Source of the DNA: Actinomycetes bacterium
Lineage (GTDB): Bacteria; Actinomycetota; Actinomycetes; Mycobacteriales; Mycobacteriaceae
Length of the DNA stretch: 64,000 nt
Reading direction: 5' to 3'
NCBI GenBank assembly: GCA_022601275.1
Contig: JAHZIT010000042.1
Span: forward strand, 11,500-75,499
The first letter of the stretch is position 1; every line of letters begins with the position of its first letter. Position numbers and translations under genes: made by a program. The notes under the pieces were generated by a model, which was not told the origin of the DNA, did no database searches, and was given only the letters and a program-made list of their open reading frames with translations. Shown one piece after another: positions 37,910 to 47,258 of this stretch.

Positions 37910-38881
37910 TCATCCGCGGCCGAGCTTCTCCTTGAACATGTCGGTCAGGACACGGCCGGTGGGCGCCGGAGTGAACCTCCGGGCGGCGGCGGTCAGTGCA
38001 TGATGTGCCGTCTCGCCCAACTCGATATCTGCCGCCGCGACATTGAACTCGAGCTGCTCGACACTGGATGCGCCCGGGATGGCGACAGTCCCGGGCAGGG
38101 CGATCAGCCAGGCCAGGGCCACCTGAGCGGGTTCGGCTCCGACTTCGGCCGCGACATCGCGCAGCGTCTGCAGCAGTGGCTCCACCCGCCTCAGATTCTC
38201 GGTCGCGAACAGCGTATTCATCGCGCGCACGCCACCGGGCCGGTTGTCCAAGCCGTATTTGCCCCCCAGCAGTCCCTGCGCGAGCGGGCTGTAGGCGATC
38301 ACCAGCCGATTCTCCTGCTCAGCGAAGGGGACGAGGTCCTCCAGCGCGCCGGGATGGGCGAGTGAGAAGTGCACCTGGTTGCTGACCACCGGCCGGCCCA
38401 GCGCGGCGTCGGCCTTGCGCCAACGCGCCAGCGAGTAGTTCGAGACCCCGGCAGCCCCGATCGCCCCGGTGTCCAACAACTCCCTCATGCCCGGCATGAT
38501 CACCGAATCGGGAACCACCGGATTCGGCTGGTGTACCTGGTAGAGCGGGATGCGGTCGAGCTGCAGGCGCTGTGCGCTGGCCCGCGCGCGTCGTTTTATC
38601 ACCGGGGGAAACGGGGCCACCGGGAACACTTTGCTGGCCACAGCCAGCTCGGTGCGTTCCTCGCCGAGGGCCTCGCCGAGAATGCGCTCGCTCCTGCCGA
38701 AGCCGTAGATTTCGGCCGTGTCGTAAAGCGTCACTCCCAGCGCCCGGGCGCGCTCGACGATGCCGCGGGCAGTCTCTGCGGCGTAGTCGTCCCCGTATCC
38801 CCATTCGCGGGACCCGAATTGCCAGGTGCCAAGCCCGATCTTGCTGACGCGTCCGACTCCCTCGACGTCGAGATATTGCAT
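37910..38881 (-). CDS. aldo/keto reductase
   Basis: ATG 38881 (MQYLDVEGVGRVSKIGLGTWQFG), DTAEIYG, then LDRIPLYQVHQP and IPGASSVEQL: the standard AKR motifs. Confidence 0.88.
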   Translation of the reverse strand: MQYLDVEGVGRVSKIGLGTWQFGSREWGYGDDYAAETARGIVERARALGVTLYDTAEIYGFGRSERILGEALGEERTELAVASKVFPVAPFPPVIKRRARASAQRLQLDRIPLYQVHQPNPVVPDSVIMPGMRELLDTGAIGAAGVSNYSLARWRKADAALGRPVVSNQVHFSLAHPGALEDLVPFAEQENRLVIAYSPLAQGLLGGKYGLDNRPGGVRAMNTLFATENLRRVEPLLQTLRDVAAEVGAEPAQVALAWLIALPGTVAIPGASSVEQLEFNVAAADIELGETAHHALTAAARRFTPAPTGRVLTDMFKEKLGRG

Positions 38882-39003
38882 GGCCCCACCGTACTGGCCT
38901 TCGGGCAGGGCCGACGACGCGAACCGAGCGTCGGGGCGCGGCCGGGCAACTCGGCGCAATAGCCGACGCGTTCGACTCTGTCGGGATTCTTGGACCCGCA
39001 GCT

Positions 39004-40026
39004 TCAGCGGCTATCGCGGCCTGACTGATCGATGAGCACCGAGCCGTCGGGCCGGTCGCCGATCGTCTGCAGGGCGATCGCAGGTTCCTGGTCGGCATTC
39101 GCCGAGGTTGACTCGCTCGTGATCCGGATGATCTGGGCGACCTCGCTCGGCGCGTCGCACTGCAGGTAGTGATCGGCGCCGGGCACCACCCAGTAGCGGC
39201 TCTGACCAAGTTTGTTCTTCAGATAGGTCTGCCAGACGTGGTTGGCGACGCGCAGGGGCGCGACTCCGTCGTGCAGGCCCCAGATCAACGTGGTGTTGAC
39301 GTCGATGCCGGAGAGCCTTTCCAACCAGCCGGTCTCGTCGGCGGCCCGCTCGTGCAGATACTTCACGGTGTCGGGCAGCACGGAGATCCCGTCATTGTGA
39401 GCGAAACTTTTTGCCAATGCGATGATCTCGGGGTCCTGCGGGCCACGCCGCGGCATGAAGGTCGTCACCCCCAGGCCCGCCGCCAGCATGTCCGGCGTCG
39501 TGGCCGCCGCGGTCGCGCGACCGGTGGCGTCATCCAGCAGCGCTACCTGGAACGCGGTCAGATTTGCCAGCGGCAGGAAAATGTTCGCGTTGGTCATGAA
39601 TACATCGACCGGCAGAGAATTGGCATCGTGATCCGCCAGCATCGCAAGCGCGATCATGCCGACGCTGCTGCCGCGATCGTGGGTGATCATTCGATACTCG
39701 CCGAGTTGCCAGATCTCATTGATCGCGTGGACAAGCAGGCGTGCGTCGTCGTAAAGCGAGTAGACGTGGGGATGGGGCGGTTTACCGGATAGCCCATACC
39801 CGGGGAAGTCGAGCGTGAAGATGTCGAACTCGGCGCCCAGTTCGCCGACCAAGCCGTAATAGTCGATGCTCGAGGTCGGGAATCCGTGCACGCAGACCAG
39901 GGCCGGCGCGCCCGGTGTGCCGCAGCGCCGAGTGAACACCTCGACCTCTGCCCCTGCGTTGGCGGCTGTCGTCGATGCCCATGGGAAGTATGTTCCACCC
40001 TGAAGCCAGTCTTCGAAGATGTCCAC
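39004..40026 (-). CDS. alpha/beta hydrolase of the epoxide-hydrolase/dehalogenase type (Asp nucleophile)
   Basis: VCVHGFPTSSIDYY (HGxP oxyanion motif) and ITHDRGSSVG (Asp in the nucleophile elbow, compare HDWG), with C-terminal VVPGADHYLQ. Confidence 0.7.
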   Translation of the reverse strand: MDIFEDWLQGGTYFPWASTTAANAGAEVEVFTRRCGTPGAPALVCVHGFPTSSIDYYGLVGELGAEFDIFTLDFPGYGLSGKPPHPHVYSLYDDARLLVHAINEIWQLGEYRMITHDRGSSVGMIALAMLADHDANSLPVDVFMTNANIFLPLANLTAFQVALLDDATGRATAAATTPDMLAAGLGVTTFMPRRGPQDPEIIALAKSFAHNDGISVLPDTVKYLHERAADETGWLERLSGIDVNTTLIWGLHDGVAPLRVANHVWQTYLKNKLGQSRYWVVPGADHYLQCDAPSEVAQIIRITSESTSANADQEPAIALQTIGDRPDGSVLIDQSGRDSR

Positions 40027-40144
40027 AAGTCACCCCTTTCGGAAGCCAGGCTGATACCCAGCGGTGCGTCGAGTCGCATGCCCGGCGCCTCTCGTCGGCT
40101 GCCATGATGGTGCTGGGCAACCGGTGGTCGGGTCAACCCGCGGG

Positions 40145-41365
40145 TTATTCGGCAGCGAGGACGAGGTTTTCGAGCCGGCGCACCAGCAGGCTTGGCAGCC
40201 ATCGGGGGGACCCGACCTTCTCCACCCGCCTGGTGTGCCGCAAGAGGTGGTCGAGCACGATCTGCGCCTCCAGTCTCGCCAGCGTGGCACCGACGCAGAA
40301 GTGCGCGCCCCTGCCGAACGAGATGTGCCCCGCCCTGCCGGCGCGGTCCAGCCGGAATTCGTTGGGCGCCTCGAAGTGCGCCGGGTCCCGGTTGGCCGCT
40401 CCCCACAGCAGTATCAATCGCGAACCGGCGGGCAGCTCATGCCCGGCCAGCATGCAGTCGTTGCGCACGTGGCGGTAGTGGGCACGAAACGGCGACTCGA
40501 ATCTCAACACCTCTTCGAGGAATGCCGGCAGAAGATCGGGGTTCTCGCGCAGACGATCCTGCATCGCGGGGTGGGCGGCGCAGATGTCGGCCGCCGAGCC
40601 GATGAGCGATGCGGTCGACTCGCCGCCGGCGCCGAACAGCGTCACGATCATGAACTGTGCGGTCAAAGTGTCGAGTTCGCCCGCGGTGCAGGCGTTGGCG
40701 AGGTCACCCAGCAGGTTCTCCTGCGGATCCGCCACCGCCAGCCGCAGCCTCTCGGCGACGTAGCCCATCAGTTCCACGGCAGCTGTCCCCGCCGCAGCCA
40801 GCTGTTCCTCGCTGACCAGCCCTTCGAGCAGTTGGGTGCTGGCATAGCCCCAGGCGGCAAGCTGTTCGGCGTGACGATCGGGGACGCCGATGAGCCGACA
40901 GACCACCATCATCGGCAGGCGGTTGGCCATCGCGGACATCCACTCGATGCGACCGTCGCGCAGTTCCTCCCGCCACAGACGCCCGGTCGTGTCGACCACG
41001 AAGGACTCCAGGGCGCGGATGCGCTTGGCGGCCAACTGGGGCACCAGTTTCTTGCGGTGCACGGCATGAGCCGGGTCGTCGGCGATGGCCAGCACCTGCG
41101 TGGGTCCGCCGAGCTCATCCATCGGGAACAACCCGACGCCACCGTCTGGCCGATAGGTCATCGTCCCGGTCAAGTTTGAGGAGAAGTCGTCGGTTCGCGC
41201 CACCGCCTCGGTGACGGCGTCCCAGCTGCAGACCGCATGGAATCCTGAGGCGCCGATCCGGTGCACGGGCGCCGCGGCGAGCATTTGAGCGTAAAGCGGA
41301 TATGGATTCTGGATGTACCGCTCGTCGAACAATGCAGCGCCAAGGCGCCCATCTCGGATCGTCAC
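40145..41365 (-). CDS. cytochrome P450
   Basis: Heme loop FGRGAHFCVGATLA, ExxR (EEVLRFESP), I-helix LFGAGGESTAS and N-terminal NPYPLYAQM. The start is uncertain. I chose GTG 41365 (MTIRDGRLGAALFDERYIQNPYP); TTG 41401 or GTG 41425-41428 are alternatives. The track ORF start (41662) is not credible because it overlaps the divergent gene. Confidence 0.85.
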   Translation of the reverse strand: MTIRDGRLGAALFDERYIQNPYPLYAQMLAAAPVHRIGASGFHAVCSWDAVTEAVARTDDFSSNLTGTMTYRPDGGVGLFPMDELGGPTQVLAIADDPAHAVHRKKLVPQLAAKRIRALESFVVDTTGRLWREELRDGRIEWMSAMANRLPMMVVCRLIGVPDRHAEQLAAWGYASTQLLEGLVSEEQLAAAGTAAVELMGYVAERLRLAVADPQENLLGDLANACTAGELDTLTAQFMIVTLFGAGGESTASLIGSAADICAAHPAMQDRLRENPDLLPAFLEEVLRFESPFRAHYRHVRNDCMLAGHELPAGSRLILLWGAANRDPAHFEAPNEFRLDRAGRAGHISFGRGAHFCVGATLARLEAQIVLDHLLRHTRRVEKVGSPRWLPSLLVRRLENLVLAAE

Positions 41366-41502
41366 GAGTTCAGGCTGGGTGCGCAGTACCCGCCGAGTCA
41401 ACTTGGGTGGGAAAAGAACGACTGCCACCACAGGTAACACCTGTAACACTTGCACCACCCCGGCAGATAGATGGGAAAACACCACGCAACCTGGGAGTTG
41501 AG

Positions 41503-42000
41503 ATGTCGCGGTATCACTGGATGGCCGGTGCAGCATCAATGGGCGCAGTGGCCGCCCTGGGGTTAGCGCCCGCCGCGTCCGCCGGAGGCGTCCCCATATG
41601 GGACGGGACCTACACGGTGACCTTCTTCGTCGATCAGAAGAGCGGCACCAGCGTCGCGGCAACCCAGACCGAGAACAGGTACACAGACACCTATACGTTT
41701 GATACCAGCTGCTCAGGCGGTTCCTGCGTCGTCACGATCGTCGGGGGACCCGCTCCGCGCAACTCCACCGTCCCGGTCCCGGTGACCTTCACCTGGGATG
41801 GTTCAGCGTGGTCGTCGGACACGAACTTTCAGTGGAACTGTCTAATGCCTGACGGTTCGATCGAGTGGAATCCTGCGTACGCGCAGGTTTCGTACACGCC
41901 CCAGGCGGACGGCTCCGTGTCGGGGCGCTGGCGCACCGATATCTCCAGTGGAGCCTGCGAGGGCACCGTCGACATCACGATGGCGGCCGAGCCGGTCTAG
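41503..42000 (+). CDS. secreted protein (hypothetical, 165 aa, four Cys)
   Basis: ATG 41503 is preceded by GGGAG, with a signal peptide MSRYHWMAGAASMGAVAALGLAPAASA. The mature part is beta-rich (GTYTVTFFVDQKSG...VTFTWDGSAW). No family recognised. Confidence 0.6.
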   Translation: MSRYHWMAGAASMGAVAALGLAPAASAGGVPIWDGTYTVTFFVDQKSGTSVAATQTENRYTDTYTFDTSCSGGSCVVTIVGGPAPRNSTVPVPVTFTWDGSAWSSDTNFQWNCLMPDGSIEWNPAYAQVSYTPQADGSVSGRWRTDISSGACEGTVDITMAAEPV

Positions 42001-42024
42001 GGGTTGGCTCGGGCGCCGATCCGC

Positions 42025-43644
42025 TCAGACGGTGGCGCGCGGTTCCGTTGGCGGGACGGCAGCCAACAAATCGCGGGTGTACTGCTGCTGCGGGGAGGCG
42101 AACAGGTCTTCGGCAGGCCGACTCTCGACGACAGCACCGTCGCGCATCACCAACACGTCATGGCTCAACTGCCGGATCACTGCTAGGTCATGTCCGATGA
42201 GTAGGTAGGCCAGCCCTAGTTCGCGCTGCAGTCGGGCCAGCAGCTCGAGTATCCGAGCCTGCACCGACACATCCAGCGATGCCGTCGCCTCGTCGAGGAT
42301 GAGCAGATCGGGTTCGGCGGCCAGCGCGCGGGCTATGCTCACCCGTTGGCGCTGTCCACCGGAAAGTTCGTGTGGGTACCGGTGCGTGAAAGCGGCCGGC
42401 AGCCCGACGAGATCGAGCAGTTCGGCGACGCGTTCGCGGCGCGCCGAGCGGTTCGTCACGAGCCTGTGCACTCTCAATGGCTCCGAGATCGAAGTCTCCA
42501 CCCGGGCGCGAGGATTCAGCGACGAGAATGGATCCTGGAACACCATTCCGATGCGGCGCCGCAGTGCCTTCCTGGCGGCACCTCTCACGTTGAGAACGTC
42601 GGTGCCGCCAAGCGTCGCGCTGCCCGCATCAGGTTTCACCAAGCCAGTCAATACCGCCGCGACGGTGGACTTCCCCGAACCGGACTCTCCCACCAGGCCC
42701 AGCGTCGTCGCCCGGCGGATCCGAAAAGACACGTCCTTGACTGCATGCACGGTCGAGCGGCCCACCGGCGTGGTCACCGTAAACCGCACGTCGAGTCCGT
42801 CGACGGTCAGCAGCGGCTCGGCATCGGGGACGGCCGGTGGCCGGGAAACGTCGAGTGTTGGGCGCGCGGTGAGCAGCTCCCGGGTGTACTCCTCACGCGG
42901 CCGCTCGAACACCTCAACGATGGGCGCCTGCTCGACGACAGCGCCGGCACGCAGCACCGTGACATCCTGTGCCACTTGCCCAATCACGCCAAGGTCATGG
43001 CTGATCCACGCCACCGCGGTGCCGAAATCACGTTGCAGGACGCGCACCAACTCGATGATCTGCGCCTGTGTCGTCACGTCCAGTGCGGTAGTGGGCTCGT
43101 CGGCGATCAGCAGCTCTGGGTCGCATGCCAGCGCGATCGCGATCATCACCCGCTGTCGCTGCCCGCCCGAGAGTTGGTGCGGGTAAGCGTGCAGACGCAT
43201 CGCAGGATCGGGCAGACCGACCGCCTCCAGTAGCTCGAGCGCCCGGCGGCCGGCTTCCCGGCGCGTCATGGAGCGATGAGTCTCCAGAGATTCGGTGATC
43301 TGACGCTCCAGGGTCAGCAGCGGGTTCAGCGAGGTCCCGGGGTCCTGGAAGACGAAACCGATTCGCGCCCCATGCACGCGGCGCAGAACCCGTGGCTTGG
43401 CACCCACCAACTGAACGGGTTCGTCGGAGACACCTTTGAGCACGCTGGTGCCCGAAGTCCGCGCGCCCGGGGCATCCAGCAGCCCGGTCGCCGCCAGCAT
43501 CGTCATCGACTTGCCCGAGCCTGATTCGCCCACGATGCCAAGGGTCTGCTCGCGGTGGACATCGAACGACACGCCACCGACGAGCGCGCGTCCTCCGATG
43601 CGCACACCGAGATCCCGAACGCTCAGCACGGGTTGCGGGCTCAT
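42025..43644 (-). CDS. fused double ATPase of a Dpp/Opp-type ABC importer
   Basis: Two Walker A motifs ([18 protein letters not shown]), two signatures (LSGGQRQR twice) and two Walker B motifs ([24 protein letters not shown]). ATG 43644 overlaps the permease stop (ATGA). The 851-aa track ORF is a read-through artefact. Confidence 0.9.
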   Translation of the reverse strand: MSPQPVLSVRDLGVRIGGRALVGGVSFDVHREQTLGIVGESGSGKSMTMLAATGLLDAPGARTSGTSVLKGVSDEPVQLVGAKPRVLRRVHGARIGFVFQDPGTSLNPLLTLERQITESLETHRSMTRREAGRRALELLEAVGLPDPAMRLHAYPHQLSGGQRQRVMIAIALACDPELLIADEPTTALDVTTQAQIIELVRVLQRDFGTAVAWISHDLGVIGQVAQDVTVLRAGAVVEQAPIVEVFERPREEYTRELLTARPTLDVSRPPAVPDAEPLLTVDGLDVRFTVTTPVGRSTVHAVKDVSFRIRRATTLGLVGESGSGKSTVAAVLTGLVKPDAGSATLGGTDVLNVRGAARKALRRRIGMVFQDPFSSLNPRARVETSISEPLRVHRLVTNRSARRERVAELLDLVGLPAAFTHRYPHELSGGQRQRVSIARALAAEPDLLILDEATASLDVSVQARILELLARLQRELGLAYLLIGHDLAVIRQLSHDVLVMRDGAVVESRPAEDLFASPQQQYTRDLLAAVPPTEPRATV

Positions 43645-44540
43645 CGTGACTCTCGCCTGAGGGCCTCGATCGCGGTGCGCTGCTTGGGATCCAGCACGTC
43701 GCGCAGCCCGTCGCCGAACAAATTGAACGCCAGAACAATGACGAAGATCGCAGCGCCGGGAAACACCGCCATCCACCAAGCCATCGTCACGAAGCCCTGG
43801 GAGTCGAAGATCATCCGGCCCAGTGATGGCTGGGGTGGCTGGATTCCCAGTCCGAGAAACGACAGGGCAGCCTCGGACAGGATGGCGAACGCCAGTGAGA
43901 GCGAGGTCTGCACGATGAGTGGACCCGAGATGTTCGGCAGAATATGGCGCACCAGGATGTACAGGTCGCCGGCCCCCACAGCGCGCGAGGCCGCCACGTA
44001 CGGTTCGGTGCGCACACTCAGCGTGCCGGCGCGGGCCACCCGGGCGAAAATCGGCGTGTAGACAATGCCGATCGCCAGGATCGTCGTGCTCACCCCCGGG
44101 CCCAGGATCGCGACGATCGCGAGTGCCAGAAGCAGTACCGGGAAGGCGAACATCACGTCGACGACCCGCATCAGCACGGTGTCGAGCCAGCCGCCTTTCC
44201 GGCCGGCGAAGTATCCAGCCACAACTCCGACCGTCACGCCCACCACGGCCGCGAAAACCACGCTGAGGACGGCGATCTGCATCGACGCCTGGATGGCGAC
44301 CAGCACACGGGACAACACGTCGCGACCTAATTCGTCGGTGCCGAACCAGTGCGCACCGCCGGGTGCCTGCAGGGCGTTGGGAACGTCGACGTCGTTGACG
44401 CCGTGCGGGGCGACCCAATTCGCGCTCACCGCAACGACGGCCACGGCCACGAGCACCAATGCGCTGACCAACGTGACCGGGTTGAGGGCGAGCAGCCGCC
44501 AGGAGGAGACCCTGGTTTCTGTGCTCGTGGTGTTCGTCAT
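43641..44540 (-). CDS. ABC importer permease (DppC/OppC-like)
   Basis: BPD-transporter EAA loop region (YVAASRAVGAGDLYILVRHILPN), six TM helices and 4-nt overlaps on both sides. Confidence 0.88.
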   Translation of the reverse strand: MTNTTSTETRVSSWRLLALNPVTLVSALVLVAVAVVAVSANWVAPHGVNDVDVPNALQAPGGAHWFGTDELGRDVLSRVLVAIQASMQIAVLSVVFAAVVGVTVGVVAGYFAGRKGGWLDTVLMRVVDVMFAFPVLLLALAIVAILGPGVSTTILAIGIVYTPIFARVARAGTLSVRTEPYVAASRAVGAGDLYILVRHILPNISGPLIVQTSLSLAFAILSEAALSFLGLGIQPPQPSLGRMIFDSQGFVTMAWWMAVFPGAAIFVIVLAFNLFGDGLRDVLDPKQRTAIEALRRESR

Positions 44541-45520
44541 GCCAGGCGGATCCTCGGGTCGACCACCGCGTACAGCACATCGACGATCAGATTGACGAGC
44601 AGGAACAGTGCCGCGATCAGCAACACCGCGCCCTGGATCAACGGATAGTCACGCGCCGCGACGGCGTGGTAGACCAGCCGACCCAGCCCTGGCCAGGCGA
44701 ACACCACCTCCACAACGATCACGCCCCCGAGGAGCGTGGCGAGTTGGATGCCAGTGATGGTCAGGATCGGCACCAAGGCGTTGCGCACGGTGTGTCGGAA
44801 CGTGACGACCTGTGGTGGCAGCCCCTTGGACCGCGCCGTGCGCACATAGCCCATCGCGGCCACTTCGAGCACCGCTGCGCGTACGTATCGTGTCATGATC
44901 GCCGCCGCCACCAAGCCGACGGTGAGCCCGGGCAGGACGATGTGGCGCAGCCATCCTGCCGGATCCTCGAACAGTGGCCGGTAGCCCGACGTCGGTAGCC
45001 AGCCCAGGGTCGTTGCGAACAACGCGATCAGCAGGATGCCCATCCAGAAATCGGGGATGGATACGCCGAATTGGCTTGTGATACGGACGATCGCGTCGCT
45101 GATCCGACCCTCGCGCAGCGCGGAGAAGATGCCTGCGGGCAATGCTATCGCCAGGGCTATCGCGATGCCGGCAAAACCCAGGGACGCTGTCGCCGGGAGC
45201 CGCTGCATGAGCGTTACGGTGACGGGGTCGCCGTTGCGGAAGCTCACGCCGAGATCGCCGGTCAGCGCTGAGCCCAGGTAGCCGAAGAACTGAGAGATGA
45301 GCGGGCGGTCCAGCCCGCTGGCAGCGCGCAATGCCTCGTAGGCCTCCGGTGTGTAACGGGTACCCAGCGCCAGGCGCACCGGGTCGCCCGGAACCAGGTG
45401 GACCAACGCGAAAACCAAGATCAGCACCCCGAACAACACGACGGCCGAGTAGATCAACCTGCGCGCGACGAACCCGATGATCGGATTGTTCAGCACCGAT
45501 CGGTCAGAGTTGGCCGCCAT
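44537..45520 (-). CDS. ABC importer permease (DppB/OppB-like)
   Basis: YVRTARSKGLPPQVVTFRHTVRNALVP EAA loop and an N-terminal long TM hairpin typical of OppB/DppB. Confidence 0.88.
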   Translation of the reverse strand: MAANSDRSVLNNPIIGFVARRLIYSAVVLFGVLILVFALVHLVPGDPVRLALGTRYTPEAYEALRAASGLDRPLISQFFGYLGSALTGDLGVSFRNGDPVTVTLMQRLPATASLGFAGIAIALAIALPAGIFSALREGRISDAIVRITSQFGVSIPDFWMGILLIALFATTLGWLPTSGYRPLFEDPAGWLRHIVLPGLTVGLVAAAIMTRYVRAAVLEVAAMGYVRTARSKGLPPQVVTFRHTVRNALVPILTITGIQLATLLGGVIVVEVVFAWPGLGRLVYHAVAARDYPLIQGAVLLIAALFLLVNLIVDVLYAVVDPRIRLA

Positions 45521-45522
45521 CG

Positions 45523-47100
45523 CTACGCTCCGTCGTCAGTGTTCAGCGAGGCATCCCGGAACCGGACCGCGCCGTCGCGGCGTGCTTGGTAACCCGAGAG
45601 CGCTGGATTCCACGCCTGGATCACCGAGGGGTTGTACAGGTAGATGTAGCTGGCCTCGTCGGCGATCAGCGTTGCGGCTTGCGCATAGTCGTCGTAGCGC
45701 GCGGCTCGGTCGGTCTCGACCCGGCCCGCGTCGAGCAATCGGTCCACCTCGGTGTTGGAGAATTGCTGCGCGTTGCTCGTCCCGTCGGTGTGGTGCTGGG
45801 CGTAGTAGAAATCGTCGGGATCGATATTGCCCAGCCATCCCATCATCAGCATGTCGAAGTTGCCCGAGTTCTGTTCGTCGAGCCAGGTCGCGAAGTCCAC
45901 CGTGGAGATATTGACGGTGATCCCAAGCGGTGCAAGGTTATCGGCGATGATCTGGGCCGCGATGACCGTCTCCGGGTAGTCGGTGGTGACGAGCATGTCG
46001 AGATTCGTGGGCTGGACTCCGGCCTCGCGGAGTAGCTCGCGGGCATTGTCCAGACCCAGTGCACGTGCTGAGTTCTCCGGGTCGTCCTGCCCGTATCTGT
46101 CGTAGGCGGTGTACCAGGGGTTGCCCTCCGGGATCGCCAACTGATTGGCCGTGGCGGTGCCGTAGCTGGTCGCCTGAACGATCGCGCCGCGGTCGATCGC
46201 GTAGGCGATGGCCTGCCGCACGCGGACGTCGTTCCACGGTTCGCGGGCCTCGTTGAGGGCCAAATACCAATAGTCGTTGCTCGGTGTGACTGCCAGCGTC
46301 ACCGAGTCGTCGTCTTCGAGCTGTGCTACCCGCTGGGGGGGAATCGAGTCGGTCCAGTCGATCTCACCGGCCTGTAGTGCCGATAGCGCCGTCGAGGGCT
46401 CGGAGATGAAACGGAACGTCACACCCGGGATCCCGGGCGGCCCGCCCCAGTAGTCCGGGTTGGCTGCCAGCGTGATGGAGTCGCCGCTGCGTTGATCCAG
46501 GAAACTGAACGGTCCGGTCCCGATCGGATGTGTGGCGATCTGCCCGCTCTCGACGTTGCGGCGCGACACGATTGCCATCCCCTTGAACCCGCCCAGGTTG
46601 GTCAGCATGTTGGGCACCGGCCGATCGGTGCGGATGACCACTGTGGACGGGTCGGGTGCCTCGACCGCGGTGACAGCGCTGAACTTGTCGACGTTGGCCA
46701 AGTTCTCATCCATGATCCGGCGGTAGGAGAAGACGACGTCATCGGCGGTCAGGGGGGTGCCGTCGTGAAACGTGACGCCATCGCGCAGGTGGAAGGTCCA
46801 GGTGAGCCCATCGGGGCTGACCTCCCACGACTTGGCCAGTGCGGGCTGCATCTGGAGGTTCTCGTCGGGCTCGACGAGCGTGTCGAACACGTTCTCAAGC
46901 ACCTCGAAGGAGAAGTAGGCGGTGGTCCGGTGCGGGTCGAGTTGATCGGGCTCCCCGGCGATCGCCGCGACGAGGTTGCCGGCAGCCCCGCCGCCGAGAT
47001 CAACCCGCTGTCCGGTGGAACACCCGGTCAGCGCCACCAACAGAGCGACGACGGCAGCGAACACCCTCTGGGCAGCGGTCGACACCGCCGTTCTCGCCAT
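45523..47100 (-). CDS. family-5 (peptide/nickel/opine type) substrate-binding lipoprotein
   Basis: I placed the start at ATG 47100: MARTAVSTAAQRVFAAVVALLVALTGC (lipobox LTGC). The mature part shows the SBP_bac_5 pattern (LAKSWEVSPDGLTWTFHLRDGVTFHDGTPLTADDV). Confidence 0.85.
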   Translation of the reverse strand: MARTAVSTAAQRVFAAVVALLVALTGCSTGQRVDLGGGAAGNLVAAIAGEPDQLDPHRTTAYFSFEVLENVFDTLVEPDENLQMQPALAKSWEVSPDGLTWTFHLRDGVTFHDGTPLTADDVVFSYRRIMDENLANVDKFSAVTAVEAPDPSTVVIRTDRPVPNMLTNLGGFKGMAIVSRRNVESGQIATHPIGTGPFSFLDQRSGDSITLAANPDYWGGPPGIPGVTFRFISEPSTALSALQAGEIDWTDSIPPQRVAQLEDDDSVTLAVTPSNDYWYLALNEAREPWNDVRVRQAIAYAIDRGAIVQATSYGTATANQLAIPEGNPWYTAYDRYGQDDPENSARALGLDNARELLREAGVQPTNLDMLVTTDYPETVIAAQIIADNLAPLGITVNISTVDFATWLDEQNSGNFDMLMMGWLGNIDPDDFYYAQHHTDGTSNAQQFSNTEVDRLLDAGRVETDRAARYDDYAQAATLIADEASYIYLYNPSVIQAWNPALSGYQARRDGAVRFRDASLNTDDGA

Positions 47101-47258
47101 CTGTATCACCCGCCTGCATCGCCCAAAACCGATCACGACTACCCCGGATCCGGCCGGCACCATTCTTACTCATCGGCGGTGGCGGCAAGCGGGCGGCAAG
47201 GGCGTCATCTCGATGGGCAACGGGCTGGCGCATTCCAGTTTTCAGTTCGATGCCTTGG

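Noticed and set aside
42025-44580. 851-aa ORF suggesting a giant ABC protein
   Set aside because: The N-terminal 312 residues are Arg/Gly/Pro-rich out-of-frame shadow of the permease gene. The genuine ATPase starts at ATG 43644, overlapping the permease stop.
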